Shown here piece by piece: positions 8,643-17,463 of a DNA stretch of 30,573 nucleotides (its first letter is position 1; each line of letters begins with the position of its first letter). The position numbers were made by a program, and so were the translations under genes. The notes beneath the pieces are model-generated. The model searched no databases, was not told the DNA's origin, and worked only from the letters and a program-made list of their open reading frames with translations. The stretch covers positions 1 to 30,573 of the forward strand of contig JBJDXJ010000047.1 in assembly GCA_051866635.1 (NCBI GenBank), written 5' to 3'. The stretch comes from Clostridia bacterium (lineage in GTDB: Bacteria; Bacillota; Clostridia; UMGS1883).

Positions 8643-9935
8643 TTAATTTAGCGAAAATTCTTTGAACTTTTCTCCACGGTCCTCAAAGTTTTTAAAAAAG
8701 CCGTAGCTTGCGGCGGCAGGTGACAAAAGACAAATTGTGCCCTTTGGAGTAACACTCTTTGCCAAAAGAACGGCTTCCTTTAAATCACGGGCAAAATGAA
8801 ATGCTGCCTTGTGATATTTTGTGCCAAATTCTTCAATAATGCGGTTTCCGGTATCATACATGAATATTACGTTGTCCACAGGTGCATCCTTTAAAAAGTC
8901 AATAAGGGGTGAATAGTCAATTCCGCGGTCCATACCGCCGATTAAAAGTGTGCCCACATGGGGAAGGGCATTAACCGCCTGTATTGTTGTCTGGGGAATT
9001 GTTGATATGGAATCGTCATAAAAGATTATTCCGTCCTTTTCGCCGATTTTTTCAAGGCGGTGAGGAAGCGTTTTAAATGTCTTTAAAGCACGTAAAAAAT
9101 CATCCTTTGAAACGCCAAAGCTGTTTGTGACAGCATATGCGGCGGCAATGTTATTTACGTTGTGACTGCCTAAAAGAGGACAAGTGTAATCAAGTGTGAT
9201 TTCATCACCCTTAAAGATAAATGAGTGGGGCATTATTTTTATATTACCAATACTTCCGAAGGATAAAACATGGGCGTTTGTGTGAGCGTCAACGCCTTCC
9301 CCTACTACTAAAAGGTCCCCTTCCTTCTGGTAGCGGTAAATGTTTTTCTTTGCATCGTAATACTTTTCAAAAGTTCCGTAATGGTCAAGATGCTCGGGAA
9401 AAATATTTAAAAATACAGCTTTTGAAGGTGATACGTTTGTATATTCCAACTGATGGCTTGAAAGCTCAAAAACAATTGTATCGGAACTGTTTATCACTCC
9501 GTCAAAGGGCGGTATGCCGATATTTCCCAAAAGAACGGCACTTTTTCCACACTCGTTTAACACATGGTAAATAAGTGAGGAGGTGGTGCTTTTGCCTTTG
9601 GTGCCTGTTACGCCCACCGTCCTGTCACCATAGACGGAAAGAAAAATTTCGGTCTGGGAATAAATCTTTAACATATCCTCAAGGACACCGTCTTCCAAGA
9701 CAATGCCGGGACTTTTCATGATGATATCAAAATCATTAAGTGACGCCTGATAATTTTCCCCTGTTATAATATTCACATTGTCAATTTGCCCGACAGGATT
9801 TAAGTCGCATATTGTAATTGATTTAAAAACCCCTGCCTTTTTAAAAAGGTTGTATGTGCTTTTACCTTCCCTGCCAAAGCCTAAAATGCACACATTTTTA
9901 TCTCGTATTAAATCTGAAACGTAATTTATCAGCAT
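8643..9935 (-). CDS. murD2: MurD-family ligase, MurD2 type (UDP-MurNAc-L-Ala:L-Glu ligase, inferred)
   Basis: Mur ligase motifs GFGREG, KSPGI, GVTGTKGKSTT, ELSSHQL, EHLDHY, PHRLE, DDSIST, LLSPAAAS..FKNFEDRG; start overlaps the murL stop (ATGCTGA). Confidence 0.85.
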   Translation of the reverse strand: MLINYVSDLIRDKNVCILGFGREGKSTYNLFKKAGVFKSITICDLNPVGQIDNVNIITGENYQASLNDFDIIMKSPGIVLEDGVLEDMLKIYSQTEIFLSVYGDRTVGVTGTKGKSTTSSLIYHVLNECGKSAVLLGNIGIPPFDGVINSSDTIVFELSSHQLEYTNVSPSKAVFLNIFPEHLDHYGTFEKYYDAKKNIYRYQKEGDLLVVGEGVDAHTNAHVLSFGSIGNIKIMPHSFIFKGDEITLDYTCPLLGSHNVNNIAAAYAVTNSFGVSKDDFLRALKTFKTLPHRLEKIGEKDGIIFYDDSISTIPQTTIQAVNALPHVGTLLIGGMDRGIDYSPLIDFLKDAPVDNVIFMYDTGNRIIEEFGTKYHKAAFHFARDLKEAVLLAKSVTPKGTICLLSPAAASYGFFKNFEDRGEKFKEFSLN

Positions 9936-11275
9936 AAGTTCAGCTCCCTTTCAACTATATCACGATACCCCAAGGGCAAAAGGTTTTGTCTGTCATAGTA
10001 GGTAGGGTAGGGGTTTGTCATTTCACAATACTTTTTATAAAGGGGTGTAGTCATATAGTATTTATAAAGTGCGGGAAGTTCTCCGCCTTTTTTTATTGCT
10101 TCACAGATGGCAAAGTTGATTTCATCACGACTGCCAACACATTCAAAGGGCTTTTCGTTACTTTCGTGTCCGATAAGCTGATTTAATGTGGGGATAAGGT
10201 TTTCATCATCTGCCATATTTCTGCCGAAAATATCGTTTAAGCTTTCAAAGGACATGAAAGGGGACAATATAAGGTAAACAAATAGACACTTTGAACACTC
10301 GCCGCACCAGATATTTGTGTGACTGCCGCGGTTACAGCTTTTGAAAACCTTGTGATAAGGAGTAAGACGTGAAAAATATGATGCTATCTGATATTCCGAA
10401 AGGGGGCGGAGAAGACTGAAATAGTAAACGCCGCTTTTTATATATTCCTTTTCGTAGTTATTGAAATCACGTTCAAATTCAAAGCTTTTTGAATACTGGT
10501 GGTTAACTGTAGAGTTGGCAACAGTTGATTCATTTGCAGAAGATTCATTTGACAAAACCACATATTTTAAATTGTTGGCATATGCGGTAATAATTGAAGA
10601 AAATGCCACGATAGCAGAAAAGGGGGTGTGTCCGTTAAGGTAGCCCTCTTTATTTAATCTCAGCATTTCACCATCCAATGTGCGTTTTGCAATAAGCTCA
10701 CGACCTGCATATCCCCCTGCCTTAACGCTGTCAATTGTGGCACCTCGGGGATTTATAATGTAAGGATAATTATCATCTTCAAATTCTTTTAAAAGCTCCA
10801 ACGAAACAGAGGAGTCTTTTCCGCCGCCGATGGGAATAAGGTTACCCTTTAAAAAGCGTGTGGATTTATTTGGAGCAGAAACGCTGTTTCCGCATTCAAT
10901 CCGCATAAAGTTTTCACAGGCAGTTATGCCGTTAAGGTAGAAAAATTCACCAAGTCCGTGGAAATAAAGCTTTTTCCACCAGCTAATCTGTGACGGGGTA
11001 AGAGAGCCACACTCAATTATAACGGTGGGAGAACATGTTATTTTCCAATAGCTTACAAGCTCGGCAAGGCCAAGATTGAATACCATAGCCTTAAAATTTT
11101 CGTCCTCTGTGTCAAAATCTTCAGGAACAGGGAAAACCCAGCTTGGGGAAAATGTGGAAAGTTTTGAAATTTCAAAGGTGTATGTAACGGTTAATTCAGG
11201 TCCGTTTTTTAAAATTTCATAGTTTTTATAAAAAAATGTGGGATGAGCCTCCCGCAGGAGTGAATATGTCTTCAT
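9929..11275 (-). CDS. murL: UDP-MurNAc-L-Ala-L-Glu epimerase
   Basis: 'SYWK', PP-loop-like 'IPIGGGKDS', 'NGHTP', 'SNESSA', 'VNHQYSKS', 'SCN...WCGECSKC', 'KPFECVG' - MurL signature blocks; adjacent to a MurD ligase. Confidence 0.88.
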   Translation of the reverse strand: MKTYSLLREAHPTFFYKNYEILKNGPELTVTYTFEISKLSTFSPSWVFPVPEDFDTEDENFKAMVFNLGLAELVSYWKITCSPTVIIECGSLTPSQISWWKKLYFHGLGEFFYLNGITACENFMRIECGNSVSAPNKSTRFLKGNLIPIGGGKDSSVSLELLKEFEDDNYPYIINPRGATIDSVKAGGYAGRELIAKRTLDGEMLRLNKEGYLNGHTPFSAIVAFSSIITAYANNLKYVVLSNESSANESTVANSTVNHQYSKSFEFERDFNNYEKEYIKSGVYYFSLLRPLSEYQIASYFSRLTPYHKVFKSCNRGSHTNIWCGECSKCLFVYLILSPFMSFESLNDIFGRNMADDENLIPTLNQLIGHESNEKPFECVGSRDEINFAICEAIKKGGELPALYKYYMTTPLYKKYCEMTNPYPTYYDRQNLLPLGYRDIVERELNLC

Positions 11276-11313
11276 ACTGTGCCTCCAAACAAAGAAAAAA
11301 TACCTTTTTTAAT

Positions 11314-11341
11314 ATTATATCATAATGCAAAAAAAAGTAAA
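11314..11341 (-). promoter_or_regulatory. Sigma-A extended -10 promoter for murL-murD2
   Basis: Minus strand TG-A-TATAAT (11322-11314), weak -35 TTTACT 16 bp upstream; GGAGG RBS at 11286-11282. Confidence 0.6.
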
Positions 11342-11568
11342 CACATAAAAACCAAAAAAGCACCATACTGTTTTAAACATTATGTTTTTCCCATTTCATA
11401 GGGAGAAAAAGAATTTTATTACTTTGTGTATAAAATATGTATTAAAGTTTTGTTATAGTGCCAAAAATACATTTTGTGTTACTAAAATTTGCCGACACAA
11501 TATATAGGCGTGACGTCAAAATCCCTCAAATTTCCTTGAAATTATCGAAAAAATTTATTAAAAAAGTA

Positions 11569-11597
11569 TTGAAATTTTGAATTTTCTATAGTAAAAT
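11569..11597 (+). promoter_or_regulatory. Sigma-A promoter of the dcw operon
   Basis: TTGAAA (11569-11574)-N17-TAAAAT (11592-11597), AT-rich upstream. Confidence 0.7.
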
Positions 11598-11605
11598 GAG
11601 CATGC

Positions 11606-11676
11606 AGTGGCACAAAGTGGTGACTTAGTGGCACAAAGTGGTGGAAGCTGTGGAAAACCTTGTGGAAAAGTAGTGG
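11606..11676 (+). promoter_or_regulatory. MraZ-binding GTGG repeat array
   Basis: GTGG at 11607, 11617, 11628, 11638, 11650, 11662 and 11673 (10-12 bp period) just downstream of the promoter and upstream of mraZ. Confidence 0.8.
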
Positions 11677-11713
11677 GAACATGAAAGTTTTCCACAATGG
11701 AAATTGTGGAAAT
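11649..11713. promoter_or_regulatory. DnaA-box cluster
   Basis: TTTTCCACA on the minus strand at 11649-11657 and 11661-11669 and on the plus strand at 11688-11696; degenerate copy at 11705-11713. Confidence 0.55.
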
Positions 11714-11735
11714 TTGAAAGAAGGAGGCGAAGCTT

Positions 11736-12176
11736 ATGTTATCAGGTGAATACAGTCATAGCGTTGATGCAAAAGGCAGAATAATTTTGCCCAGTAAGCT
11801 TCGTGAAGAAATCGGTGACTCCTTCTATGTTACAAGAGGTTTTGAAGGATGTCTTGCAATTTATTCCGCAGAAGAATTTGAAAAGTTGGGAAAAGCAATT
11901 CAGACTTTGCCCGGTAACATGAGAGAGGCAAGACAGCTTCAGAGAATTATTATCACAGGTGCACATCCTTGCGAAGCGGACAAGCAGGGCAGATTTGTTA
12001 TTCCCCCAAGACTTAGGGAAGTGGCAAAAATTGAAAAGGAAGTTACAGTTGTAGGTAACGGCGACCACGCTGAAATATGGAACAGCGATTTGTGGAACGA
12101 GTATATGTATGGTGAAAATTCACTTTCATTGGAAGATGCTGCGGAAGCTTTACAGTTACAGGGATTGTCTCTGTAA
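11736..12176 (+). CDS. mraZ: Transcriptional regulator MraZ
   Basis: 'GEYSHSVDAKGRIILP' and 'DKQGRFVIP' twin DxxxR motifs, 'EIW'. Confidence 0.96.
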   Translation: MLSGEYSHSVDAKGRIILPSKLREEIGDSFYVTRGFEGCLAIYSAEEFEKLGKAIQTLPGNMREARQLQRIIITGAHPCEADKQGRFVIPPRLREVAKIEKEVTVVGNGDHAEIWNSDLWNEYMYGENSLSLEDAAEALQLQGLSL

Positions 12177-12200
12177 AATATAGGGAAGGATGATAAGTTC

Positions 12201-13130
12201 ATGGAATTTTCCCACGTCAGTGTTTTACTTAATGAAACAGTTGATGCCATAAACGTTAAAGAAGGCGGTCTGTACGCCGATATGACAATGGGCGGCGGCG
12301 GACACAGTGCGTTAATTCTTGAAAGAGGCGGAGTCTTATACGGCTTTGACCAGGATATTGATGCAATAGAGGCTTGCAAGAGACGATTTTGTGATATGGG
12401 TGACAGATTTAAGCCCATACATTCAAGTTTTAAAAATATTAAAAATGAGCTTGATCTAAAAGGTGTGGACAAGCTCGACGGTATAATTGCAGATTTGGGC
12501 GTTTCTTCCTATCAATTGGACGAAGCGGAAAGAGGATTTTCCTATATGCATGACGCACAGCTTGATATGCGTATGGACAGGAGAAATCCCATAGATGCAA
12601 AGGTTGTTGTGAACACTTACAGCGAAGAAAAGCTTTGCGAAATTATATCAAAGTACGGCGAAGAAAAATGGGCGGTACGAATTGCAAAATTTATAGCTGA
12701 TGCCAGAGAACAAAAAGAAATTGAAACAACAGGTGAACTTGTTGAGATTATAAAGGCTGCCGTTCCCGCATCTGCAAGAAAGGACGGACCCCATCCTGCA
12801 AAGAGAACCTTTCAGGCAATAAGAATTGAAGTTAACGGTGAACTGAGAATTTTGGAAAATGCAATACGTGACGGTGTTGAAAAACTTAAGTGCGGAGGAA
12901 GAATGGCAATAATTACATTCCATTCTTTGGAAGACAGAATTGTGAAGGAAACTTTTAACTCGTTGCAGAACGCATGCACTTGCCCAAAAAGCTTTCCCGT
13001 TTGCGTGTGTAATAATAAAAACAGTGTCAGGGTGATTACAAGAAAGCCCATCCTTCCCACAAAGGAGGAAATTGACATTAATCCCAGAAGCAGAAGTGCG
13101 AAATTAAGAGTGTGCGAAAAGATTATATAA
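12201..13130 (+). CDS. rsmH: 16S rRNA m4C1402 methyltransferase
   Basis: 'HVSVLLNE', 'GGGGHS', '[10 protein letters not shown]', 'FQAIRIEVN', 'FHSLEDR', '[10 protein letters not shown]'. Confidence 0.97.
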   Translation: MEFSHVSVLLNETVDAINVKEGGLYADMTMGGGGHSALILERGGVLYGFDQDIDAIEACKRRFCDMGDRFKPIHSSFKNIKNELDLKGVDKLDGIIADLGVSSYQLDEAERGFSYMHDAQLDMRMDRRNPIDAKVVVNTYSEEKLCEIISKYGEEKWAVRIAKFIADAREQKEIETTGELVEIIKAAVPASARKDGPHPAKRTFQAIRIEVNGELRILENAIRDGVEKLKCGGRMAIITFHSLEDRIVKETFNSLQNACTCPKSFPVCVCNNKNSVRVITRKPILPTKEEIDINPRSRSAKLRVCEKII

Positions 13131-13158
13131 GATTTTGAAAGGTTGGTGCCTTGTACCC

Positions 13159-13635
13159 ATGTACAATTACGGTTCTGAAGCAAGAAATATAGAAGAAACA
13201 AAGGCATTTGAGGGTAGTAGCGTAAAAGTAAGCCGTGAACAGAAAAGAAAGGCTTTGATGAATAAAAGAGTGGAAGAAATGAAAAGAAGTGCGTTAAAAT
13301 CCCTTGTGGTGATTGCACTTTTGCTCACGGTTGTTATGGCAAGGGAAGCAAAAATTGACCAGCTTTGCGGACAGATTTCAGCAAAGGAAGCCACCTTAAA
13401 AAATGTAAGTGCAGTTATAACCGAAAAGGAAATGCAGCTTACAGGCAAGATGGATTTGAACATGATTGAAGAAATTGCAGTAACAAGATTGGGCATGAAG
13501 AAACCTGACCGAATTTTGGAAATTGATGTAGCCCGAGAGGACGGCGGCGAAATTCTTACAGAGGATGCCACCGTGAACAGTGGCTTTACCGCATTTATAA
13601 ATAAAACAAAAACTCTGTTGGAATATTTGTATTAA
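13159..13635 (+). CDS. ftsL: Cell division protein FtsL-like
   Basis: Between rsmH and the PBP gene; TM helix, coiled coil, then 'IEEIAVTRLGMKKP'. Confidence 0.75.
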   Translation: MYNYGSEARNIEETKAFEGSSVKVSREQKRKALMNKRVEEMKRSALKSLVVIALLLTVVMAREAKIDQLCGQISAKEATLKNVSAVITEKEMQLTGKMDLNMIEEIAVTRLGMKKPDRILEIDVAREDGGEILTEDATVNSGFTAFINKTKTLLEYLY

Positions 13636-13665
13636 GAACCGATATATTTACATAAGGAAGTGCTT

Positions 13666-13724
13666 TTGAGTGCCTTCCCGGGCGCAAGATATATTCGCTC
13701 AGGGTAGCACTCAATTTAATTTTA
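13666..13724 (+). other. Intergenic stem-loop followed by a T-rich tract
   Basis: TTGAGTGC (13666-13673) / GCACTCAA (13707-13714) with inner CCC/GGG and GGGCG/CGCTC stems. Confidence 0.55.
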
Positions 13725-13736
13725 GTGGAGGGTAAT

Positions 13737-16001
13737 ATGGCGAGGGTATCCGTTAAGGCAAAAAATCGAATAGTGAGAATGTTTGTAGCCTACATTTTGC
13801 TGATGTGTATTGTTGTAGGTGCTTTGGTGTATTATCAGCTGATTAAAGGCGAAGAGTATAAGGAAAAAGCCGCCGAACAGCAGACTCAGGACCAAAAGGT
13901 CGAAGCAAAAAGAGGCAGTATTTACGACAGAAACATGAAAGTCCTTGCCCAGTCAGCCTCCTGTGAAGATGTTATGATTAACCCAAGACAAATAAAGTCT
14001 ACCGCAAAAGCACAGGAAAAAAGAAGAATAGCCGCAGAAAGCGAAGGCAAAGCCTTTAAAGAAGAGGATGTAATTGAAAAAATAGTTAAAAACCTTACAG
14101 AGCTACTTGAAGTTGACGAACAGTGGCTCAGGGAAGAAATAGAAGCCGATTATGCCAGCAGGCGTATTAAGAAAAAGGTTGACCAATCTGTTGTCAATAG
14201 CATTCGTGCTTTGGATTTGCCAGGTGTGTTCTTTGTTGAATCCACAAAACGCTACTACCCTTATTCAAGCTTTGCATCACATATAATAGGCTTTACAGGC
14301 GATGACGGAAACGGTCTTGAAGGTTTGGAAAAAACCCTTAACAGCACACTGGCAGGTACAGCCGGCAGAATACAGGTTGTAAAGGATGTTCATAATAACG
14401 ATACACCTTATGAATACGAAAATTACATTGCCCCCGAGGACGGTAAGGGCGTTGTTCTTACGATAGATGAAGTTTTGCAACACTATGTGGAAAAGTACCT
14501 TGAGGAGGTATATACACTCCACAAGGTTCAGAAGGGTGCCGCCGCTATTATGATGGATGCAAAAACAGGGGAAATATTGGCGATGGCTGTAGAACCTAAT
14601 TTTGACCTTAACAATCCCAGATACGTGGATGCTGATTTAAAAGAATTGGTGATGGGCGGTACAAAGGAAGACGGCAGTGAGTACACAGATTATGAATTTT
14701 TAACAAAGCTTTGGAGAAACAAGGCTGTTTGTGATACTTACGAACCAGGCAGTACTTTTAAGTCAATTGTTGCGGCATCAGCAGTTGAATCGGGCGTTGT
14801 AAACCCTGCAACGGACACATTTGTATGTACAGGTTCAAAAAGGGTTTCTGTTCATACTATAAGATGCCATAAGCGTTCAGGTCACGGTGCAGAAACCTTC
14901 TATCAGGCGTTGGAAAACAGCTGTAACCCTGCCTTTATGGAAATGGGTGCAAGGTTAGGCTATAAGAAATTCCGTGAATATTTTGAAGCCTTTGGATTTA
15001 TGGACGAAACAGGCTTTGTCCTTCCGGGTGAATCAAAGGGTATTTTCTTCAGCCCCAATAATTTTAACGAAGCGGAGCTTGCAACAAGTAGCTTCGGTCA
15101 GGGCTTCTCAATTACGCCACTTCAGATGATTACTGCCTTTTCGGCAGTTGTAAACGGCGGTAACCTTATGAAGCCTCAGCTTATTAAGGCATACACCGAC
15201 AATGAAGGCAATATTATCGAAAATGTAGAGCCTGAATTGGTAAGAAAGGTTATAAGCGAATCTACAAGCAGTGTCATGCGTGCGGCATTAGAGGGCGTTG
15301 TTGCCACAGGTACGGGTAAAACTGCTTATGTGGAGGGCTACAGAATAGGCGGTAAGACAGGCACAAGTGAAAAACTGCCACGTGGTCAGGGTAAGTATGT
15401 TGCCTCCTTCATAGGCTTTGCACCTGCGGATGACCCACAGATTGTGTGTCTGATGCTTCTTGATGAACCCGGTGCAGGGCAGACAGGCGGTAGTGCTGTT
15501 GCGGCACCTGCGGTGGCGAAAATTCTGACAGACTCTTTGAAATATTTAGGATATGAACCTGAGCTGTCTGACAGTGGTGCGGAATTGACATATGTTCCCT
15601 CTGTAATAGACAAGAGCGTATCGGAAGCAACAAAGCTCTGTAAGGAAGCTGGTCTTGAGGTTACTATAAGCGGCAACGGTCAGGTTATAAAAAATCAACT
15701 TCCCAAGGCTAATACAAAGAGATTAAAGGGAAGCCCTGTTGTTCTTTATACAGATGTAACCGAGGATGTAAAGGTGGAAATGCCAAACTTTTTGTACATG
15801 ACAAAAGCGGAGGTTGAAAAGGCGGCAAAGGATGCCGGCTTGGGCCTTGTTATAACAGGCGGCGGTGCAACGGGAGTTGTTACCGACGACATGGTTGCCG
15901 TAGACCAGGGAACAGCGGCAGGTGAGGTTGTTGTTGTGGGAAGTGTGGTAACCGTACATTTTGCAGATAATATAGTAGAAGGTCAGGATATGATTGAATA
16001 A
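13737..16001 (+). CDS. Class B penicillin-binding protein (SpoVD/FtsI type) with two PASTA domains
   Basis: 'RGSIYDRN', 'KRYYP', 'YEPGSTFK' (SxxK), 'SCN' (SxN), 'KTGT'; C-terminal PASTA repeats; GGAGG RBS before ATG 13737. Confidence 0.92.
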   Translation: MARVSVKAKNRIVRMFVAYILLMCIVVGALVYYQLIKGEEYKEKAAEQQTQDQKVEAKRGSIYDRNMKVLAQSASCEDVMINPRQIKSTAKAQEKRRIAAESEGKAFKEEDVIEKIVKNLTELLEVDEQWLREEIEADYASRRIKKKVDQSVVNSIRALDLPGVFFVESTKRYYPYSSFASHIIGFTGDDGNGLEGLEKTLNSTLAGTAGRIQVVKDVHNNDTPYEYENYIAPEDGKGVVLTIDEVLQHYVEKYLEEVYTLHKVQKGAAAIMMDAKTGEILAMAVEPNFDLNNPRYVDADLKELVMGGTKEDGSEYTDYEFLTKLWRNKAVCDTYEPGSTFKSIVAASAVESGVVNPATDTFVCTGSKRVSVHTIRCHKRSGHGAETFYQALENSCNPAFMEMGARLGYKKFREYFEAFGFMDETGFVLPGESKGIFFSPNNFNEAELATSSFGQGFSITPLQMITAFSAVVNGGNLMKPQLIKAYTDNEGNIIENVEPELVRKVISESTSSVMRAALEGVVATGTGKTAYVEGYRIGGKTGTSEKLPRGQGKYVASFIGFAPADDPQIVCLMLLDEPGAGQTGGSAVAAPAVAKILTDSLKYLGYEPELSDSGAELTYVPSVIDKSVSEATKLCKEAGLEVTISGNGQVIKNQLPKANTKRLKGSPVVLYTDVTEDVKVEMPNFLYMTKAEVEKAAKDAGLGLVITGGGATGVVTDDMVAVDQGTAAGEVVVVGSVVTVHFADNIVEGQDMIE

Positions 16002-16009
16002 AGGAAGGA

Positions 16010-17446
16010 ATGGTGGCAGTGCGTCTTGGAAAATTAATTGAAAAAACACAGGCTGTAGCAAATGAAATTATGTCAAACTTAGAAATAAGTGACGTTGTTT
16101 ATGATTCCAGAAAGGTGACAAATGGGTCATTATTTGTGGCGGTCAGGGGATATAAAAGCGACGGTCACAAATTTATTGCACAAGCCATCGAAAAGGGTGC
16201 AAAGGTTATTGTAGGTGAAGATGAATATGATTGGGAAAACTACATCCGTGTACCTGACTCAAGAAAGTTTTTGGCAATAAGCTCCAAAAACTTCTTCGGA
16301 AACAGTGCCGACAGACTGAAAATTGTGGGCATTACAGGCACAAACGGAAAGACAACCGTAAGCTACCTTATAAAGCAGATTCTTGAACTTAAGGGATATA
16401 AGTGCGGACTTATCGGAACAAATCAGATTTTGGTGGGGGATGAAGCAATCGAGTCTGAAAGAACAACCCCCGAATCACGGGAATTGCACGAGCTTTTCGG
16501 AAGAATGGAAAAAAGCGGTGCAGAATATGTGGTAATGGAGGTTTCAAGCCATTCCTTGTATCTTGACAGAGTTTATGGGATAGAGTTTGAAACTGCAATA
16601 TTTACAAACCTTACACAGGACCATCTTGATTTCCACGAAACAATGGATAACTATGCCAAAGCAAAGGCTAAGCTTTTTACAATGAGTAAAAATGCAGTTA
16701 TAAATGTTGACGACCCTTACAGTAAAGTAATGATAGGTGACAGAGAAGATGTTATCACTTACTCTGTGGATTGTAAGTCCTCGTTAAAGGCTGAAAATAT
16801 AAGAATGAGTGAACGAGGCGTTATTTTTGATGTAAAGTATAATGGCGAAACAAAAATGATGCGGCTTGGCATCCCCGGCAGATTTTCTGTGTATAATGCA
16901 CTTTCCGCTTGCGGTGGGGCACTGTCAATGGGTCTTAGCTTAGAGGACATTGAAAAAGGGCTTCTTTTAGCACGTGGTGTGAAGGGCAGACTTGAGGTTG
17001 TCCCCACTACAACGCCTTATACTGTTATAATTGACTATGCACATACACCTGACGGGCTGGAAAACGTTATAAAGGCAGTAAGGGGCTTTGCAAAAAGAAG
17101 GGTAATTACGCTATTTGGTTGCGGCGGTGACCGTGACAATACAAAGAGACCTATAATGGGCCGCATTGCCGGCGAATTGTCCGATTATGTGATTGTCACA
17201 AGTGACAACCCCAGAGGGGAGGAACCCGCATATATTATTCGTGATATAGTAAAGGGTATTGAAAGGGACAATTATATTACAATTGAAAACAGAAAAGAAG
17301 CCATAGGCTATGCCCTTGATTTTGCAAAAGATGGGGACGTTATTATCTTAGCCGGTAAGGGACATGAAACATATCAGATTTTTAAAGAAGGTACAATACA
17401 CTTTGACGAAAGAGAAGTAGTTAAAGAGTTTTTATCAAACAAATGA
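16010..17446 (+). CDS. murE: UDP-MurNAc-tripeptide synthetase (meso-DAP type)
   Basis: 'GITGTNGKTT', 'TTPE', 'MEVSSH', 'DHLDFH', 'DYAHTPD', 'DNPR' (DAP-specific), 'AGKGHE'; alternative start GTG 16019. Confidence 0.95.
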   Translation: MVAVRLGKLIEKTQAVANEIMSNLEISDVVYDSRKVTNGSLFVAVRGYKSDGHKFIAQAIEKGAKVIVGEDEYDWENYIRVPDSRKFLAISSKNFFGNSADRLKIVGITGTNGKTTVSYLIKQILELKGYKCGLIGTNQILVGDEAIESERTTPESRELHELFGRMEKSGAEYVVMEVSSHSLYLDRVYGIEFETAIFTNLTQDHLDFHETMDNYAKAKAKLFTMSKNAVINVDDPYSKVMIGDREDVITYSVDCKSSLKAENIRMSERGVIFDVKYNGETKMMRLGIPGRFSVYNALSACGGALSMGLSLEDIEKGLLLARGVKGRLEVVPTTTPYTVIIDYAHTPDGLENVIKAVRGFAKRRVITLFGCGGDRDNTKRPIMGRIAGELSDYVIVTSDNPRGEEPAYIIRDIVKGIERDNYITIENRKEAIGYALDFAKDGDVIILAGKGHETYQIFKEGTIHFDEREVVKEFLSNK

Positions 17447-17463
17447 TTTAAGGAAGTGACGAA

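Noticed and set aside
11511-11518. Palindrome TGACGTCA in the murL/mraZ gap
   Set aside because: A single 8-bp palindrome is expected by chance and has no supporting context
11606-11713. Short repeats upstream of mraZ as a mini CRISPR array linked to the Card1-like gene
   Set aside because: Units are 4-17 bp with 10-21 bp periods and no 30-40 bp unique spacers; MraZ and DnaA boxes explain them
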